Assembly (NCBI RefSeq): GCF_009914755.1
Contig: NC_060935.1
DNA: 64,000 nucleotides
Source of the DNA: the human T2T-CHM13v2.0 reference genome, Homo sapiens
Strand: one strand, 5' to 3'
Shown piece by piece: positions 27,826 to 41,394 of this stretch (its first letter is position 1; each line of letters starts with the position of its first letter). Under the pieces are notes generated by a model, which was not told the origin of the DNA, made no database searches, and saw nothing but the letters and a program-made list of their open reading frames with translations. Both the position numbers and the translations under genes were made by a program.

Positions 27826-28198
27826 TGTGCCACTTAGCACTCTCATCCCCACACCTCTGCAGCTTCTCACTGTGGGACCCTGGGTTTCTGCCCTGGGGTT
27901 TCTCTGGCCTTTGGAGCACACTTGGCCAGAAGTGCCAGAAAGTTTGAGGATCAGCCTTTAACCGATGACAGCTGGAGTTGGTGACCAACTGCTCCAGTTT
28001 CCTTGCCTTTTGGGTGGGACCTCCCTGTGGCAGGTTCTGCGCAGTCTCCCACGGGTTCCCCACAGGACTGACCCACAGTGATGACCTGCTCAGCAGCCAC
28101 CATGGCTTTCTTCTTTTCCCTGGATCACCTCTGAAATAAATGATTTGTACTTAAATGTTTGCCTCAGGATCAGCTTCTGGAGGAACCCAAACTGAGAA
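27826..28198 (+). mobile_element. LTR16-like ERVL LTR
   Basis: 3' end AATAAATGATTTGTACTTAAATGTTTGCCTCAGGATCAGCTTCTGGAGGAACCCAAACTGAGA resembles the LTR16 terminus. Confidence 0.6.
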
Positions 28199-28271
28199 TC
28201 CCCTCTCTCTCCCTCACATTCGCATCCAATCTGCCTGATTCTGCTGATTCTACCTCCTTAAAAAGCCCTCA

Positions 28272-28585
<314 letters not shown>

Positions 28586-29856
28586 TTCTCAAATCCACCT
28601 TCTAATCATCTCCCATATATCACCCCTCCTCCATCCCCACTGCCCTGGCCACCTGCCTGGACTACTGGCCCAGCCTCCTCACCGACCCACTGCCTCTGCA
28701 CATCAGCCAGCATAAGTCAGCTTTCTAAAACACACCTCTGGGCCTCTCCCCAGGTCCCACCCTGCTTAAATCCTACCATGGTTCCCATTGCCCTCAGGAT
28801 AAACCAAGCTTCCCAGCCTGGCATCGAGACCCTGAAAGGACTGGTCCCTGCCCTCTCTACAGCTCTCTTATGCCACTCCCCTCTTCCACTGGACTGTCCA
28901 GTAGGACTGAACTTCTTGAGGTTCTCAGAGTTGGCCATGATCAACCCCACCTCCTGGTCTTCACAAGCTGTCCCCTCTTGTAAACAGGAACATCTTCCTC
29001 CTACTTTACCCAAACAATTCTAGTTGTTCTTGAACACAGCCTAAGACACAACTTGTGCCTTAACCACCCCTGTTCTCCCTGCTCTAGGGCTGGGTGGGCT
29101 GGGGGTCCCTCAGAGCTCCTATGTATCTTCATGTCTCTCTGGCCCAATGCCCACCAGGTTCTGGTCTGTTCTCCTCCACACTGGGCATTTCTGAAGGACA
29201 CTAGCCATGAACAACTCATCTTTTTTCTTCCCCGGGCCTAGGCACATAGCAGGTGTCAGAGAATAAATGAGTGATGATGATGACTTTAAATCTCCAAAGA
29301 ATTATGCCCTGGAAAAACTCCTTGGCTGGTGGAGGAGAAGTGTGAAGAAAAACAACACCAGGCCAGAGTGATCAGGGTGTTACAAAGGCCAACACTTGGA
29401 CTTGGGAGCCCAGAGGAGGCCTCAGCCCTGACTGGCAGAGAGGGAGCCAGAGAAGGCTTTGGAGGGGAGGTGGCTCCTCTGTGTGCTGGCCCTGCCCATC
29501 CTCTTTGTCTTTGCAGAGTGTGCTAGGGAGCTGGGGAGTCAGGAGGGAAATAGAAAGTAGCATAGATCCCACACAATCTCACCCCTTCCTTTTCCTCAAA
29601 GGTGACCTCTACCCTGGTGGTCATTCTTACACATGCCTTTGTATGATTTCTACATTATTGTATAGAAATATACAATAATTAAAACTTTATGTGCATAGTC
29701 TCATACTGTGTGTATCCTATATATTTCTTTTTTGGTCACATTATGCTTGTGTGATTTTAGCCTTCTTGATGTGGTTGCTCAAGTTTATTTTTTGTCTGCT
29801 ATATAGTATTCCATTTAAGAACATACAGTCACTTTTACTGTTAGAATATAATTCAT

Positions 29857-30218
<362 letters not shown>

Positions 30219-30289
30219 CTAAGACCCTAATTTTCCCCAAATGCCATTAAAATTTTTAAAACTATTAACACTCAGCAATGATTTCTGCA

Positions 30290-30478
30290 CAGTATAAAAC
30301 TACACTATCAAATATGATATCTGTTAGTCACATAAGGCTATTTACATTTAAACGTAAATTAATTTGGAGTTAAAAATTCCATTCCTCCGTTGCCCTAGAC
30401 ACATTTCTACATGTGGCCAGAGGCTACCCTACTGGACAGCAGATATAGGATATTTCCATCATCACCAAAAGTTCTAAA
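30290..30478 (-). mobile_element. MER3-like hAT-Charlie element
   Basis: Minus strand TAGAACTTTTGGTGATGATGGAAATATCCTATATCTGCTGTCCA...GGCCACATGT. Confidence 0.7.
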
Positions 30479-30550
30479 GCATTTAAAATACTGACTACTT
30501 CATTATCTAATAATGAATGTGCTGCATTTTCTCACTCACAGAAGCGCTCC
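30375..30550 (+). repeat. 176-bp inverted duplication, source arm (MER3 end plus unique flank)
   Basis: Reverse complement of 31369-31544, ungapped, 14 mismatches by manual count (~92%). Confidence 0.93.
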
Positions 30551-30758
30551 CACATATGGTGGGTGAGGATGAGTCTCACATCTCTCACATAAGCCAAGCT
30601 TACATCTTTCACTGTCCAGCCCTCCCAATGAGCTTTGTTACATCCACATTTTCTTCTAATAATAAATAGGCTTTTCTAGGTCTTTCAGGCTCAACTACTT
30701 TCTTCTCAGGCCTTTCCACTTTCTTAGAAGACAACTATACTTAATAATGAAGGGAAGA

Positions 30759-31080
30759 GGCTGGCATGGTGGCTAACGCCTGTAATCTCAGCACTTTAGG
30801 AGGCTGAAGCGGGTGGATCGCCTGAGGTCAGGAGTTTGAGACTAGCCTGGCCAACATGGTGAAACCCCGTCTCTACTAAAAATACAAAAATTAGCCGACG
30901 TGGTGGTGGGCACCTGTAATCCCAGCTACTTGGGAGGCTGAGGCAGGAGAATCACTTCAACCCAGGAGGCGGAGGTTGCGGTGAGCCGAGATCATGCCAC
31001 TGCACTCCAGCCTGGGCAACAGAGACAGACTCCATCTCAAAAAATAAATAAATAAATAAATAAATAAATAAAAATAAAAA
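30759..31080 (+). mobile_element. AluSx with an (AAAT)n tail
   Basis: Full-length Alu inside the spacer of the inverted duplication. Confidence 0.94.
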
Positions 31081-31084
31081 GATA

Positions 31085-31975
31085 CAGTGCTGTGATGTAC
31101 ATCTTTATACATGTGCAGGGGTTTCTCCTGATTATATGCCTTGAAGTGGAATGGTTCAGTTTTAAGCTATGCATTTTCACTTTTCCTAGATATTGACAGA
31201 TTGTTCTTCAACTTGGTTGTGTTCCCAGCAGTATGTAAAAATTCCTGTCAATTCAAACAAAGTGCGTTTGGTTTCAACCAAATAATTGGTTTCAACGTTT
31301 GCTGAATAACCAATTATTGGTTGAAGCCAAGCCAATTTTGTTTTAATTGAGTAGAATCAGCAGAATCAGGAGCACTTCTGTATGTGAGAAAACGCAGCAC
31401 ATTCAGTGTTAGATAATGAAGTAGTCAGTGTTTTAAATGCTTTAGAACTTCCTGTGATGACGGAAATATCCTATATCTGCTGTCCAGTAGGGTACCCTCT
31501 GGCCACATGTAGAAGTGTGTCTAGGGCAATGGAGGAATGGAATTGGTTTCAACCAAACCAATTATCAAACTTTAAAAAGTTTGATAATCAGATATGCATG
31601 AAATGGTATCATTTCATTTGGTTTTAATTTAGATTTCCCTGGTTGATAGTCAGGTTGAACATATTTTCTTATGTGTATTGGCCATAATTGCTTTCTTTTC
31701 TGTGAAATGCCTGTTCATGTCTTTCAATCATTTTTCTGTTAGGTTGTTTAGCTTTTTCCTATTGACGTATAGGAGTTATTTTTATATACTGGATAATAAT
31801 CCTTTGTTACATGCATTGCAATAATCTCCAGTCGGTAGTCTGTCTTCTTGCTTTTTTCCTTTTTTAGTGTTTTTGTACAAACATAACTTTTTATTACTCT
31901 GAGCTTATTAATATTTTCCTTTACAATTTTCTTTGTTTTTGCTGTTGTTGTTTAAAAAATTGTTCCTTAATCCTG
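31085..31975 (-). mobile_element. Old L1M (L1ME-like) fragment interrupted at ~31250-31560
   Basis: GTTCCCAGCAGTATG...AAATGGTATC...GTTGAACATATTTTC...TGTGAAATGCCTGTTCATGTCTTT. Confidence 0.7.
31369..31544 (-). repeat. 176-bp inverted duplication, derived arm inserted in an old L1
   Basis: Reverse complement of 30375-30550, flanked by patchwork TTGGTTTCAAC repeats. Confidence 0.93.
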
Positions 31976-32969
31976 GCAGATAGTGGAAATCCAACATTTG
32001 CTGAATAAAAGGAGAATAAGGAGAATGAGTGCCTTCCCCAGGGAGAACGTGCAGAGTGAGCAAGAAAAGGGTGGGGCAGAACCCTGGGGAGGACAGAGAC
32101 AGAGCTACCTAGGGAAGAGTGTGAAGTGGAGGAAGAACAAGGAAGGGAGCTGTACAGCCCACATGGGGAATTTTGAAAGTGTCCGGTGGAGTGACTAAGA
32201 TGTGTGCATTGCTTCAGAGACATGGAGGTCACTGGATACTTGGCAGGGCCGTCTTGTAGTTGCTACAGGAGCTGAGACCGGATAGGTGGGCAGGGCACTG
32301 CAGAGAAGAGTCCAAGAATTGTCACCTCTCTCAAGAACATTGACAGTGAAGGGAAGACCTGTCCTGTCTTGGGGCCTCAGTGTACTTTCTGCCTAGGATT
32401 CTCTTCCCCTTACCTTCACCTGGCTAAGTCTAACTCCTTCTCCTGGTTCAGCTTAAATGTCTCTTCCTCTGGGAAGCCTTCCCAGATCTCTCAGTTTAAA
32501 TTAGATGGCCTCTTTCCCCATGACAGTCTTTCATCCAGTTCTTGACTTTTCCTTCTTAGCAGTTAACACAATATGCAACTATGTATGAAATTTGTGTGAC
32601 TATTTGTTTGATGTCCGTGTTTCCCACTAGATTACCAACTCCACAAGGCCTGCACTGTCTGGAATGTTGTTCCAGTGCACCCTCAGTGCCTAGCACACAA
32701 CCTGGCACAGTAATTGTTGAATAAAAAGCCACAATGGGGGCTGAGAGGAGGAGCTGGTTTGTATCTGGGGACAGCAGATCCAGGAGGTTTCAGAGATGAG
32801 GGAGTCAGAGGTCCCTGTCCACCAGCCAGATTTTAGGCGATAAAAGGGAAAAAGGGAAGGAGAGTGACAGTTAGGAGGAACACTGACATTGATGAGACAC
32901 CAACTGTGTACCAGGCACTGTCCTGACACCATCCTGAGCATCACTCCCATCCCCACTCCCATCTTTAGT

Positions 32970-33345
32970 GTGATGTCCCACTAGCTGAGTGACCCAGAGC
33001 AAGCTAATCTCCCTGAGCCTCAGTTTCCTCATCTGTAAAATGGACTGGTAACACCAAGCTCCTGGGATTGTTATGAAGAGGAGGAAGCAGGGTATGGTGT
33101 GGAAAGTGTTACAAACCCACGCTTCAGGGGTACTTGGATTCTGGAGTCAGACCACCTGGCTTCAAATCTCAGGTCTGCCACTTACCAGCTGTGTGACCTT
33201 GAACAAGTCACTTCATTTCTGTGCCTCAGTTTCCCTGCCTGTAAAATATGAGTAATAATACCTCCAGAATTGCTATGAGGATTAAATGAGGTATGCATTA
33301 GAACACCTTAGCACAGTGCTTGGCACATAGTAGGTGCTCATGGAA
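32970..33345 (+). mobile_element. Two tandem MIRs upstream of the P2RY6 CpG island
   Basis: GAGCCTCAGTTTCCTCATCTGTAAAATGG and GCTGTGTGACCTTGAACAAGTCAC cores. Confidence 0.75.
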
Positions 33346-33559
33346 ATAATAATTAAAATTATTCCTCCCTCCTCCCCACTATCCCAGAACTGCAGAATGT
33401 CAGAGCTGGAAAGATGGGAGAAATCACCATTTGATACCCAGCCCCCCCCCACACACATATCAATACAAAGAGGGAAACTGAGGCCAGGGAAAGGTAAAGT
33501 CGTGAAGGATTCTGGACTGGAGTCCACCGGTCCCAGGTCCCAGACCAGGAGCGGTCCCC

Positions 33560-33930
33560 AGAGGCCTGCAGCCTCTTCCAGACATCACCTCCCCCTCATC
33601 CCACGAGGGCGGGCCGCTGGGCGGGACTCCAGCGGTGCGGAGGCCGCTTGGCCACAGCCCCTCCCTGCCGCTTTGCTCTGGCTCCTCTGGGTTCCAGGGA
33701 CGCTGGGGCCGGAGCTGCTGCCGCCGTCTACACGGTCCCCTCATTTGACGGGTTCGCCTCCTAGCAGCGCCTGGGCGAGTGACATCTGGGCCGGACCAGC
33801 TGGTGCTGCGCGGCGCAGGTAAGGGCGTGCGCGGGCAGGGACAGGGGTAAGGGGTGCCGGGGCGCGGGGATACAGGGAGGCCTGCCCACTCCAGGGTCGC
33901 GGCCAGTCAGGGCGGGTGCCGGGGGTGAGT
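33560..33930 (+). promoter_or_regulatory. P2RY6: CpG-island promoter of the upstream P2RY6 transcripts
   Basis: Dense CpG and high GC, with GC boxes GGGCGG at 33607, 33619 and 33910, around a strong splice donor. Confidence 0.8.
33680..33818 (+). other. P2RY6: P2RY6 non-coding first exon (start approximate)
   Basis: Lies in the CpG island and ends at donor CAG|GTAAGG (GT at 33819-33820). Position downstream of P2RY2 fits the known tandem arrangement. Confidence 0.7.
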
Positions 33931-33979
33931 CCCTGCATATGTGTGTAGTGTGGGCAATGTGTAAATGATTACTGTGAGC

Positions 33980-34035
33980 GCGATCTGCACTCCAGCCTGG
34001 GCGACAGAGCAAGACTCCGTCTAAAAAAAAAAGAA
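33980..34035 (+). mobile_element. Ultra-short AluY-like 3' end with an inverted 5' piece
   Basis: TSD ATTACTGTGAGC at 33968-33979 and 34036-34047; body TGCACTCCAGCCTGGGCGACAGAGCAAGACTCCGTCT plus A tail. Confidence 0.9.
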
Positions 34036-37000
34036 ATTACTGTGAGCAATGGGTTAATGGGTTGTATGCGGTTAGTGTGCGGTATGTGCAAGGTGTGACC
34101 CATGGATCACAGTGTGTGTCTGCCTGCAAGAAGTGTGCATTGCAACTCTCTATAGCTCTGAGTGACTGTGCTGGGGTAACACAGGGGTCCACGGTGCATG
34201 TACACTCTGTGGCGGGAGCCATGGCAGGGTGGTGCACTGGGTGTGCGTTGTGTGAATTGTGAGGTGTGTGTTTTGTGTGGCACATCCGTGGCCCCTGTGG
34301 TGTGCTGAGCTGGGTGATGGAAGGTGGGGCACATTTGTGCAGGGGTGACACTGACAGAATGTTTTCCGTGGTGGCTCTGCCTTTTCCACCCAGTGCCCGG
34401 GAGGGCTTGGGAGAGTGAAAGCTCACCCGGATCTGGGTGGAGAAAGTATGACAGGTCCCAGGCTCACCCTCTCACACATACAAACACATGCACACACAAG
34501 AGAAGCTGCTCCGAAATCTCATTTTTTTATCTTCCAAAATTCCTGTGGATTTTGCATTCTTCTATAATATTTCTGCATATAAAAACACTGTTCTGATAAA
34601 TTACCATCCAATGAGTTGGCTCAAGTCTTGGAGGTAAGCTGGGTTTATCTTGTGGTGGGAATCCCCTGCCTGTCTCCCAAACTGAGATGTAAGAACTTGG
34701 ACTCAGCAGGAGTGAGGTGATGATGTTGGGTATGTGGTGTGTGCTGCAGGGCGGGGTGGGGGGGAGTTGTTTGGGTCACTCCTGGGGCAGGGGCAGGAGA
34801 GCTGGGCTTCTGAGGAGGAACCCTGACCATCAGTGAATTTCTTGCCTCTTCTCCACTGCCTGGGCAGGAAGGGGCTGCAGGACCCTGGGGACCACGAAGA
34901 AGGGGGTTCCCCTAGCAGGCTGCCTCCTGAGACAGTTAGGTGTTTGTGTCATCCAAGCTTGGTTCAAATTTGATTTAAGCAAACGCAGAAATATTAGAGA
35001 GGCTTCAAAAGGGCTCTGGCACTTTATCTGCAGAACTTTGGGCAAAACCTCACTGTGTCTCAGTTTCTTCCTTTGTAAAATGTAGATGTGGATAGTATTT
35101 GCCTCATAGGCTATTTTTAGGACTGACTGAGTGCCTGGATATTAAGTGGCTGGCACAATCTCTGATACATAGAAATCCTAACAGCTGGTGACAAAACTAT
35201 GATGATAGTAATGGTGACCCCCACACAACTGGGTCCCTGCCCACCCCAGGAACTCTCAGTTTTCACAGAGCCAGTGATTCCAATAAGCTGTGTGGGTAGG
35301 AATCAGAGAGTCCCTATTTGAGTATCTCTGAGGGATCCTTTCCCATTCCCAGACTGAATCCTTGTTGAATTCTCAGTGACCACCTGCTTCCTGGGAAGAT
35401 GCAGTCTGGGAGAGGACAATGCAGGTCTCTGTCAAAGCCTGGGATGGAGCGTGGGAGAGAGGTTGGGGGAGAAATGCAGGGGCAGCCATGGGCTTGGATG
35501 GAGGCTTCTCAGTCCTGACAAACCCTGGAGGAACCGAAAAATGCTGGCCCTGTGTATGTGTGTGTTTGGGAACTGGCAGGGGCAGGAGCCTGGGTTGCCC
35601 TCTGCCTGGAATGAGGAAAGTCCAGTACAGGATCAGGAATATTAGTCCCTGGACCAAGACAGGCCCTGAGAGCTGAAAGGGAGGCTGTGAGGTCAGCATT
35701 GAGCTGCAACCAGAAGTGGACCAGGAGGCTCCCCGCAGGCTGAGCCTTGTTTCTGGGGCTAAAACTTCTGCATTGGCAGAGCAAGTGCCCCTGTTCCTGT
35801 TGACTTCATTGAGTCAGTTTAGAGGAGTTGCCCGGAGGCCTTGGAGGACAAGGGGACATAAAAGGCAGTGTTGGGAGCTGTGGAAACATCTGGGGAGGGA
35901 ACCTAAATATATCTCATGGTGACGGGGTGCCATGATGGGCCAGTGCAACCTCGGGCACCACAGAGGCAAGCCACTGTCCCCACTGTCCCTAACAGGGAGT
36001 ACTGCTGCCCCAGAGGCCCTGAGAGCTTCTCTGGAAGGTCTGGACAGAGCCCTCCTGGGGAGAAGGAGGCCTGGCCCAGCCCTGACTTGCTGAGTGATAA
36101 GGCCAGCTGTCTTCTTAGCTGTCAGGGAGGTGGGACCAAGTGATGCTGTCGTCACTTCTGGCCCTGATTTCCTTTAATCCCCAATTCTGGCTATAATTGT
36201 TTATAATTCCACACCCCTAGCCCTAAGAGTCTATAATTACTCAAACATTCTAGAAGTCTACAATTCGAACTCCAACTTTCTACACTCCAAAGCTGTAACA
36301 TTCCCCAATTCTGGCTCCAATGTTGGAGGATTCTGGCCCTGGCTTTGGCAGTCTGACTCTTGTAAACTTATAAACTCCCAAGGAAGAGGTTACTTCAGCA
36401 GAATCATGTGAGAAGCCCCAGAAAAGGTCTCCTCCCTGCCTAAGCCAGCCTGGAGTAGAGGCAGGTGCCTGGTAAAATGGCCATATGCTCTCTGGGGTGG
36501 ATGACAGTGAACCCAGAGGCCCCTCCTCATCAGAGCAGCAGAGTTGCTGGGAGTACCTCACAGCTCTCAGGGGACGGTGGCCCTAGAGCAGAGAAAGGTT
36601 CAGATCTTGGATTGTAGGCACCCCTCAGGATGAGGGAATTGTGGAGTCACTGGGCACCTTGCAAGGCCATCAAAAGGAAGGAGAGAGAGAACAAGAAATG
36701 GGGCTGAAGAGACCTCAAAGGCAAACCTCATTCTCTCTGAGAGACCTCAGGTTGTAGAAAAGACTCCTGTGGAGCCAGCAGGAGCAGCATCGTTGATGCA
36801 CAGCCATGTCTGAACTCAGCATAGGCTGGGGGGTGGAGAGCTCCAAAATTCACAGTGATTAGCTTAAAACCTTGCCTTGAGCTGGCGACAAGCAGGACTG
36901 GTAGCTGACTGAGCAAGCTGGGGACAATCCTCCCATAGAAACCTTTGCCTACTTTCTGTGAGTATTCTGACCAGGACTTATGTGGGATGGCTGAAGAGGG

Positions 37001-37460
37001 TGAGCCAGACAAACCATCTGTGTTCTTGGGGAAACCTGTTAGCTTCTCTGGGAGGGGCAAAGGAAGGGCTTGGGCATCCAAGGACTCAGCTCTTCCTCTC
37101 CCATCTCTTTCCTGGTTATGAAAGCTCTTCACATGCAACTTGCTGCTGAGCTAAGCTAGAGCACTATGTAAGCTGGCTGGAAGTGGGTCCATGCATGTGA
37201 TGGTGCCTGCGTGCCTGCCGTGGGTGGTGTGTTCCCAAGTGTGGCAGGTGCCAGGGCACGTGTGCATATGTATGTGTGAACCTGTGTGAGTTATGTGGAG
37301 CTGTTTCCGGGGCTGGGTGTGCTGTGCATGCACCAGTGCAGAATTGCACCCACGGGCATGTGCTCCTTACAACTCTGTTAGGTCTCTGTGGCCTCTCTGT
37401 GGTTTCCTATGATGGAAGGCAAACAGCAGACCCCAGACTCTGGACAGTATGAGGGGCTCA

Positions 37461-37800
<340 letters not shown>

Positions 37801-39061
37801 GATGTCCAGTCTCCTCCTGTCCAAGGAGACCACCAACCATGCTTCCTGCAAGCTTGAAGTGGACCAACTCTTTTTAGGATCTGATCTGAATCCCAGAGGG
37901 ACCACATCTCCTCCCACGGACCAGGGCTAGGCAGCCTCCTGTTTCAGTCAAGAGGGCTGAAGGTGGTGTTTTCCCTCCTGACTCCTGGGAGCAGCAAGGG
38001 GCCAATGGGCGGTGGCCAGGGATGTGCACGAGACCATTCCTGCCTGCCAGGGGCCTCATTACAGGCTACAGAGACCCTTCTCAGCCCTTGACTCATGTGG
38101 ATCGGAACAGCTCCATTCCACAGCTGAGAAAACCAAGGTTCAGGAAGGGGTGAGACCCACCCAAGGGAGTAGCCAGTACTGAACTGTGAGCCCAGCCCAG
38201 AGCCAGGAAGGAAGACACTAGGACTGAGCTAGCAGTGGCTGCCTGGCGGCAGGGCCTCGGGGGTAGGACGTGAAGGTCAGCCTGGCCAGCTAGTGGTGAG
38301 CATCACCCAGCAAGGGCATGTGGGGTGTAAACTGTAAAGCACCTGATTTATTGTAAAGGACCCAGGGGCTTCCTGCTGGTGACTGAGTGCAGGAGGGTGG
38401 CTGTGGAGGGGTCAGTGCCCACAGGCAACGGAGGGTCTAAGGGGCTTCAACCTTGGGCACTCCTCCCCTCCCCGTGAGGAGCCTACACCCTGGGCTGAGC
38501 TGGGAGAGCCTGCGCCTGAAAGTTAGCCCCTAAGGCTTCCTCCTCATCTTATGTAACTGCTTTTATTCCTGGGGAAAATCAAGAGCCTGGGAACCCCACA
38601 AATCTCCCGTGGCATCTGGGACAGTTTGAAGATTATGATAAGGATTTCGGAGCCTGGGAAAATAAGGCCTGTGGACTAGGGGTTTGCGGGGCTCCCCAGG
38701 AGCAGCATGTGTGTGGAGCACATGCAGAGGCCCGGGCCTGGGCAAACAGGTATGTGAACAGGTGTACACACTCCAGAGCCACTCACAGAAACACACACAC
38801 ACATACTTAGGCACAATTCCAAACACCTGTGCCTTGTGAATGCATGCGCATCTTCCAGCACAGGTACACATGGCTGACAAGCCCCCAGGCAGACACTGTG
38901 CAACCAGCATTCATGTCCTCCCCCAGCCTGGGGGCCTGACTGGGGTTGGTGGCTCTCAAGGCTACCTCAGGGCTATGCCTCTGCCTCCCGGAACAAGCTT
39001 TCCCAGGCCTCCTTCCCAGCCTTGTCTCTTTCCCGTCTCTCCCCCCACACCTTCTTACCAC

Positions 39062-39323
39062 AAGGACAGAGGAGGGGCCCTTCCTGTCAGCTGGCTGGGA
39101 GCAGAGGTGGCTTTGTCTTTTCGGAAGAACTGGTTCTGTGGAATTTGTGCTTATTTCCCATCAAGGATCAAGGACCTGCTCTGGGGCTACCTCAGGGCCC
39201 CACAGGATGAGGGGCTGGTTTTCAGATGAGTTTTCTGCTTGCCTGTCATCTGGATAGTGTCTAAAAATTTGCAAACTGCCTTCTTGTCAGTGTCTTGCTC
39301 ATTCTTCATGACACTCCTGATAT
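39062..39323 (+). other. P2RY6: P2RY6 alternative non-coding 5' exon (start approximate)
   Basis: Matches the recalled 5' end of P2RY6 mRNA (AAGGACAGAGGAGGGGCCC...ACACTCCTGATAT). Donor GTAAGT at 39324-39329. Confidence 0.8.
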
Positions 39324-40469
39324 GTAAGTGCCTTCACTTCCTCTATTTGGCAGATGAGGGAGCTGAGGCCAGAGAGGGATGGGACTGCCTGGACTGCCTG
39401 AGGTCACACAGCAAGCTGAGGCAGGGTTGACCAAAACTCTCATGAGCTGGGGTTGCAAGGAAAATGCCTTCAGCTTCCTGGGGCTTGGGGTAGGAGAATT
39501 TGGCTGTCAGAGCCTGGAGGGTGGGGCAGGCTGGCACTACCAGGTGGGCCTGCCACAGAAACACCTCACACTCCTTTACCAGGAGCTGACGGGGGGCACA
39601 GCCAGCCCCTCACAGGCCAGCACTGTGCTGGGAGGCTCACCCCTGAACCTACCTTTGTGGACATGCCAAGAGAGGGCAGGAGAGGGAGCTCTGCCTTGCT
39701 GTGTGACCCAGGCAAGTCCCGACCCTCTCTGGGTCCAGCGCCCTCTCGCCTACTGGGATATTGGGATTGGGGATTGGTTGAGGGATGTGCTCCCTCTCTG
39801 GACCACAGAGGAAGCAGAGAGCTTCCCCAGGGCTGGGAGTGGGGCACAAGCTCGGGATGCTCCCTGCCAAAGCGTTGGTGGCCCTGAGTTGCTGCCTGTG
39901 CCCAGGGAGTCCCAGTCTTCGCACTAGCCTGCTGCTGAGATCCACTGAGGCAGAGCCTGGCACAGAGTGGGGGCTTGGGGCCTGGGGGAGGGTCTCCTCC
40001 AGGCTAGGTGCCTGGGAGAGGGTGATCTGGCAAATCTAGATGGGGCCTGTCCACCTGTCCGAGGCTGCAGCCCCCTAGCTCTCCGCCCCTTACCCTCCTT
40101 TATGTTTCTATATCGCTGCTCTTATCACTATCTGGCCTGCTATATATTTACTCATTAACCAAAAGAAACTAATCTCCCCTGCTAGACTACAGGTGTCTCA
40201 AGGGCAGGACTTTGTTTTTTGACCTCAAGTGCCTTGAACATTACCCGAACAGAGTAGGTGGCCAATAAGTACCTGTAAGAAAGAAGAGGAGGAGGAGGAA
40301 GCAGGAGAGTCATCTTACAGACGGGGAGGGCCCACCATGGGCCCAGGTAGAGCCGCCCGGGCTGCCTTCTCCTCATCAAGCCCAAGCTCAAGGATGGATT
40401 GGCGCTGGGGAGGGGAGGATTGCCTGGGGTCAGCCTTTCCCCCCCGGCATCACCCTCCATCTTCGGTGC

Positions 40470-40976
40470 TGTAGCAGGACGAGCCGCGGACAAAACCCTT
40501 CAGACACTGAGATAGTGAAGGGAGTGGCTTTAATCAGCTGGGAGCATCGGCAGGCTAGCATCTTAAAATCTGAGCTCGTCAGGTGCTCAACTTCTGTCCC
40601 TTTTAAGGGCTCACAGCTCTAAGGGGGTCCACGTGAGAGGGTCGTGATCAACTGAACAAGCCAGGGGGTACATGATAGGGACTGCGAGCACCGGTGGTCA
40701 GAGTGAAACAGAACAGAACGGGAGGTTTCACAATGTCCTTCCATACAATCTCTGGAATCTATAGATAACAACAGCTGCTAGGTCAGGGGTCGAATTTTAA
40801 CTACCAGGCTTAGGTCAGGCAGGCCCAGGCCTGGTTTCGGGTCTGGTTCCTTGGTTTCGGGTCTGGTTCCTTGGTTTCAGGTCTGGTTTTTAGGCGCCGG
40901 GCTACCTGCCTTTAGTTTCGCTTCTCTTTCCTTTTCCGAGTATAAAACAGTATGAGAGGGTCTCTCTCCTCCCTCA
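40470..40976 (-). mobile_element. Solo LTR22-type (HERV-K HML-5) LTR
   Basis: TG...CA termini (TGTAGCAGGACGAGCCGC...CTCTCTCCTCCCTCA), GTGC on both flanks, internal 20-bp x3 repeat at 40831-40890. Family from recalled consensus. Confidence 0.75.
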
Positions 40977-41394
40977 GTGCCATCCTCATCCCTGGGTGGG
41001 AGTTGTCTGGATCCATAGGGTTGGAGCCACAGATAACAGAGCCATTAATCTCGGGGTCTCAGCCTCTCTTAACGGACCTTCCAGGCACTGCTGAGAAAAC
41101 CAGGTTAATGGTTTCCTGCGGCAGCAATGAGCAGAAGCAGGGCCATCTCCAGACTCCAGAGAAGCCAGGAGAGGGCTGGGGTGATAATGGGGAGGAGGAT
41201 AAAAAACAGCCACCCAATGCGTGCCTTCCCTGTGCCAGGCCCTTGTCCTGAAATGTTATCTCACTCCATCCTCCCAACAGTCCCTTGGGCTAAATTGGTG
41301 ATGCTGCTTGTTTGAGTGAGCAAACAGAGGGTGAATGAAGTGACTTGCGGGCAGCTGGGTAGAGGATGAGTCAGCATTGGTGTAAAGGACTGGA

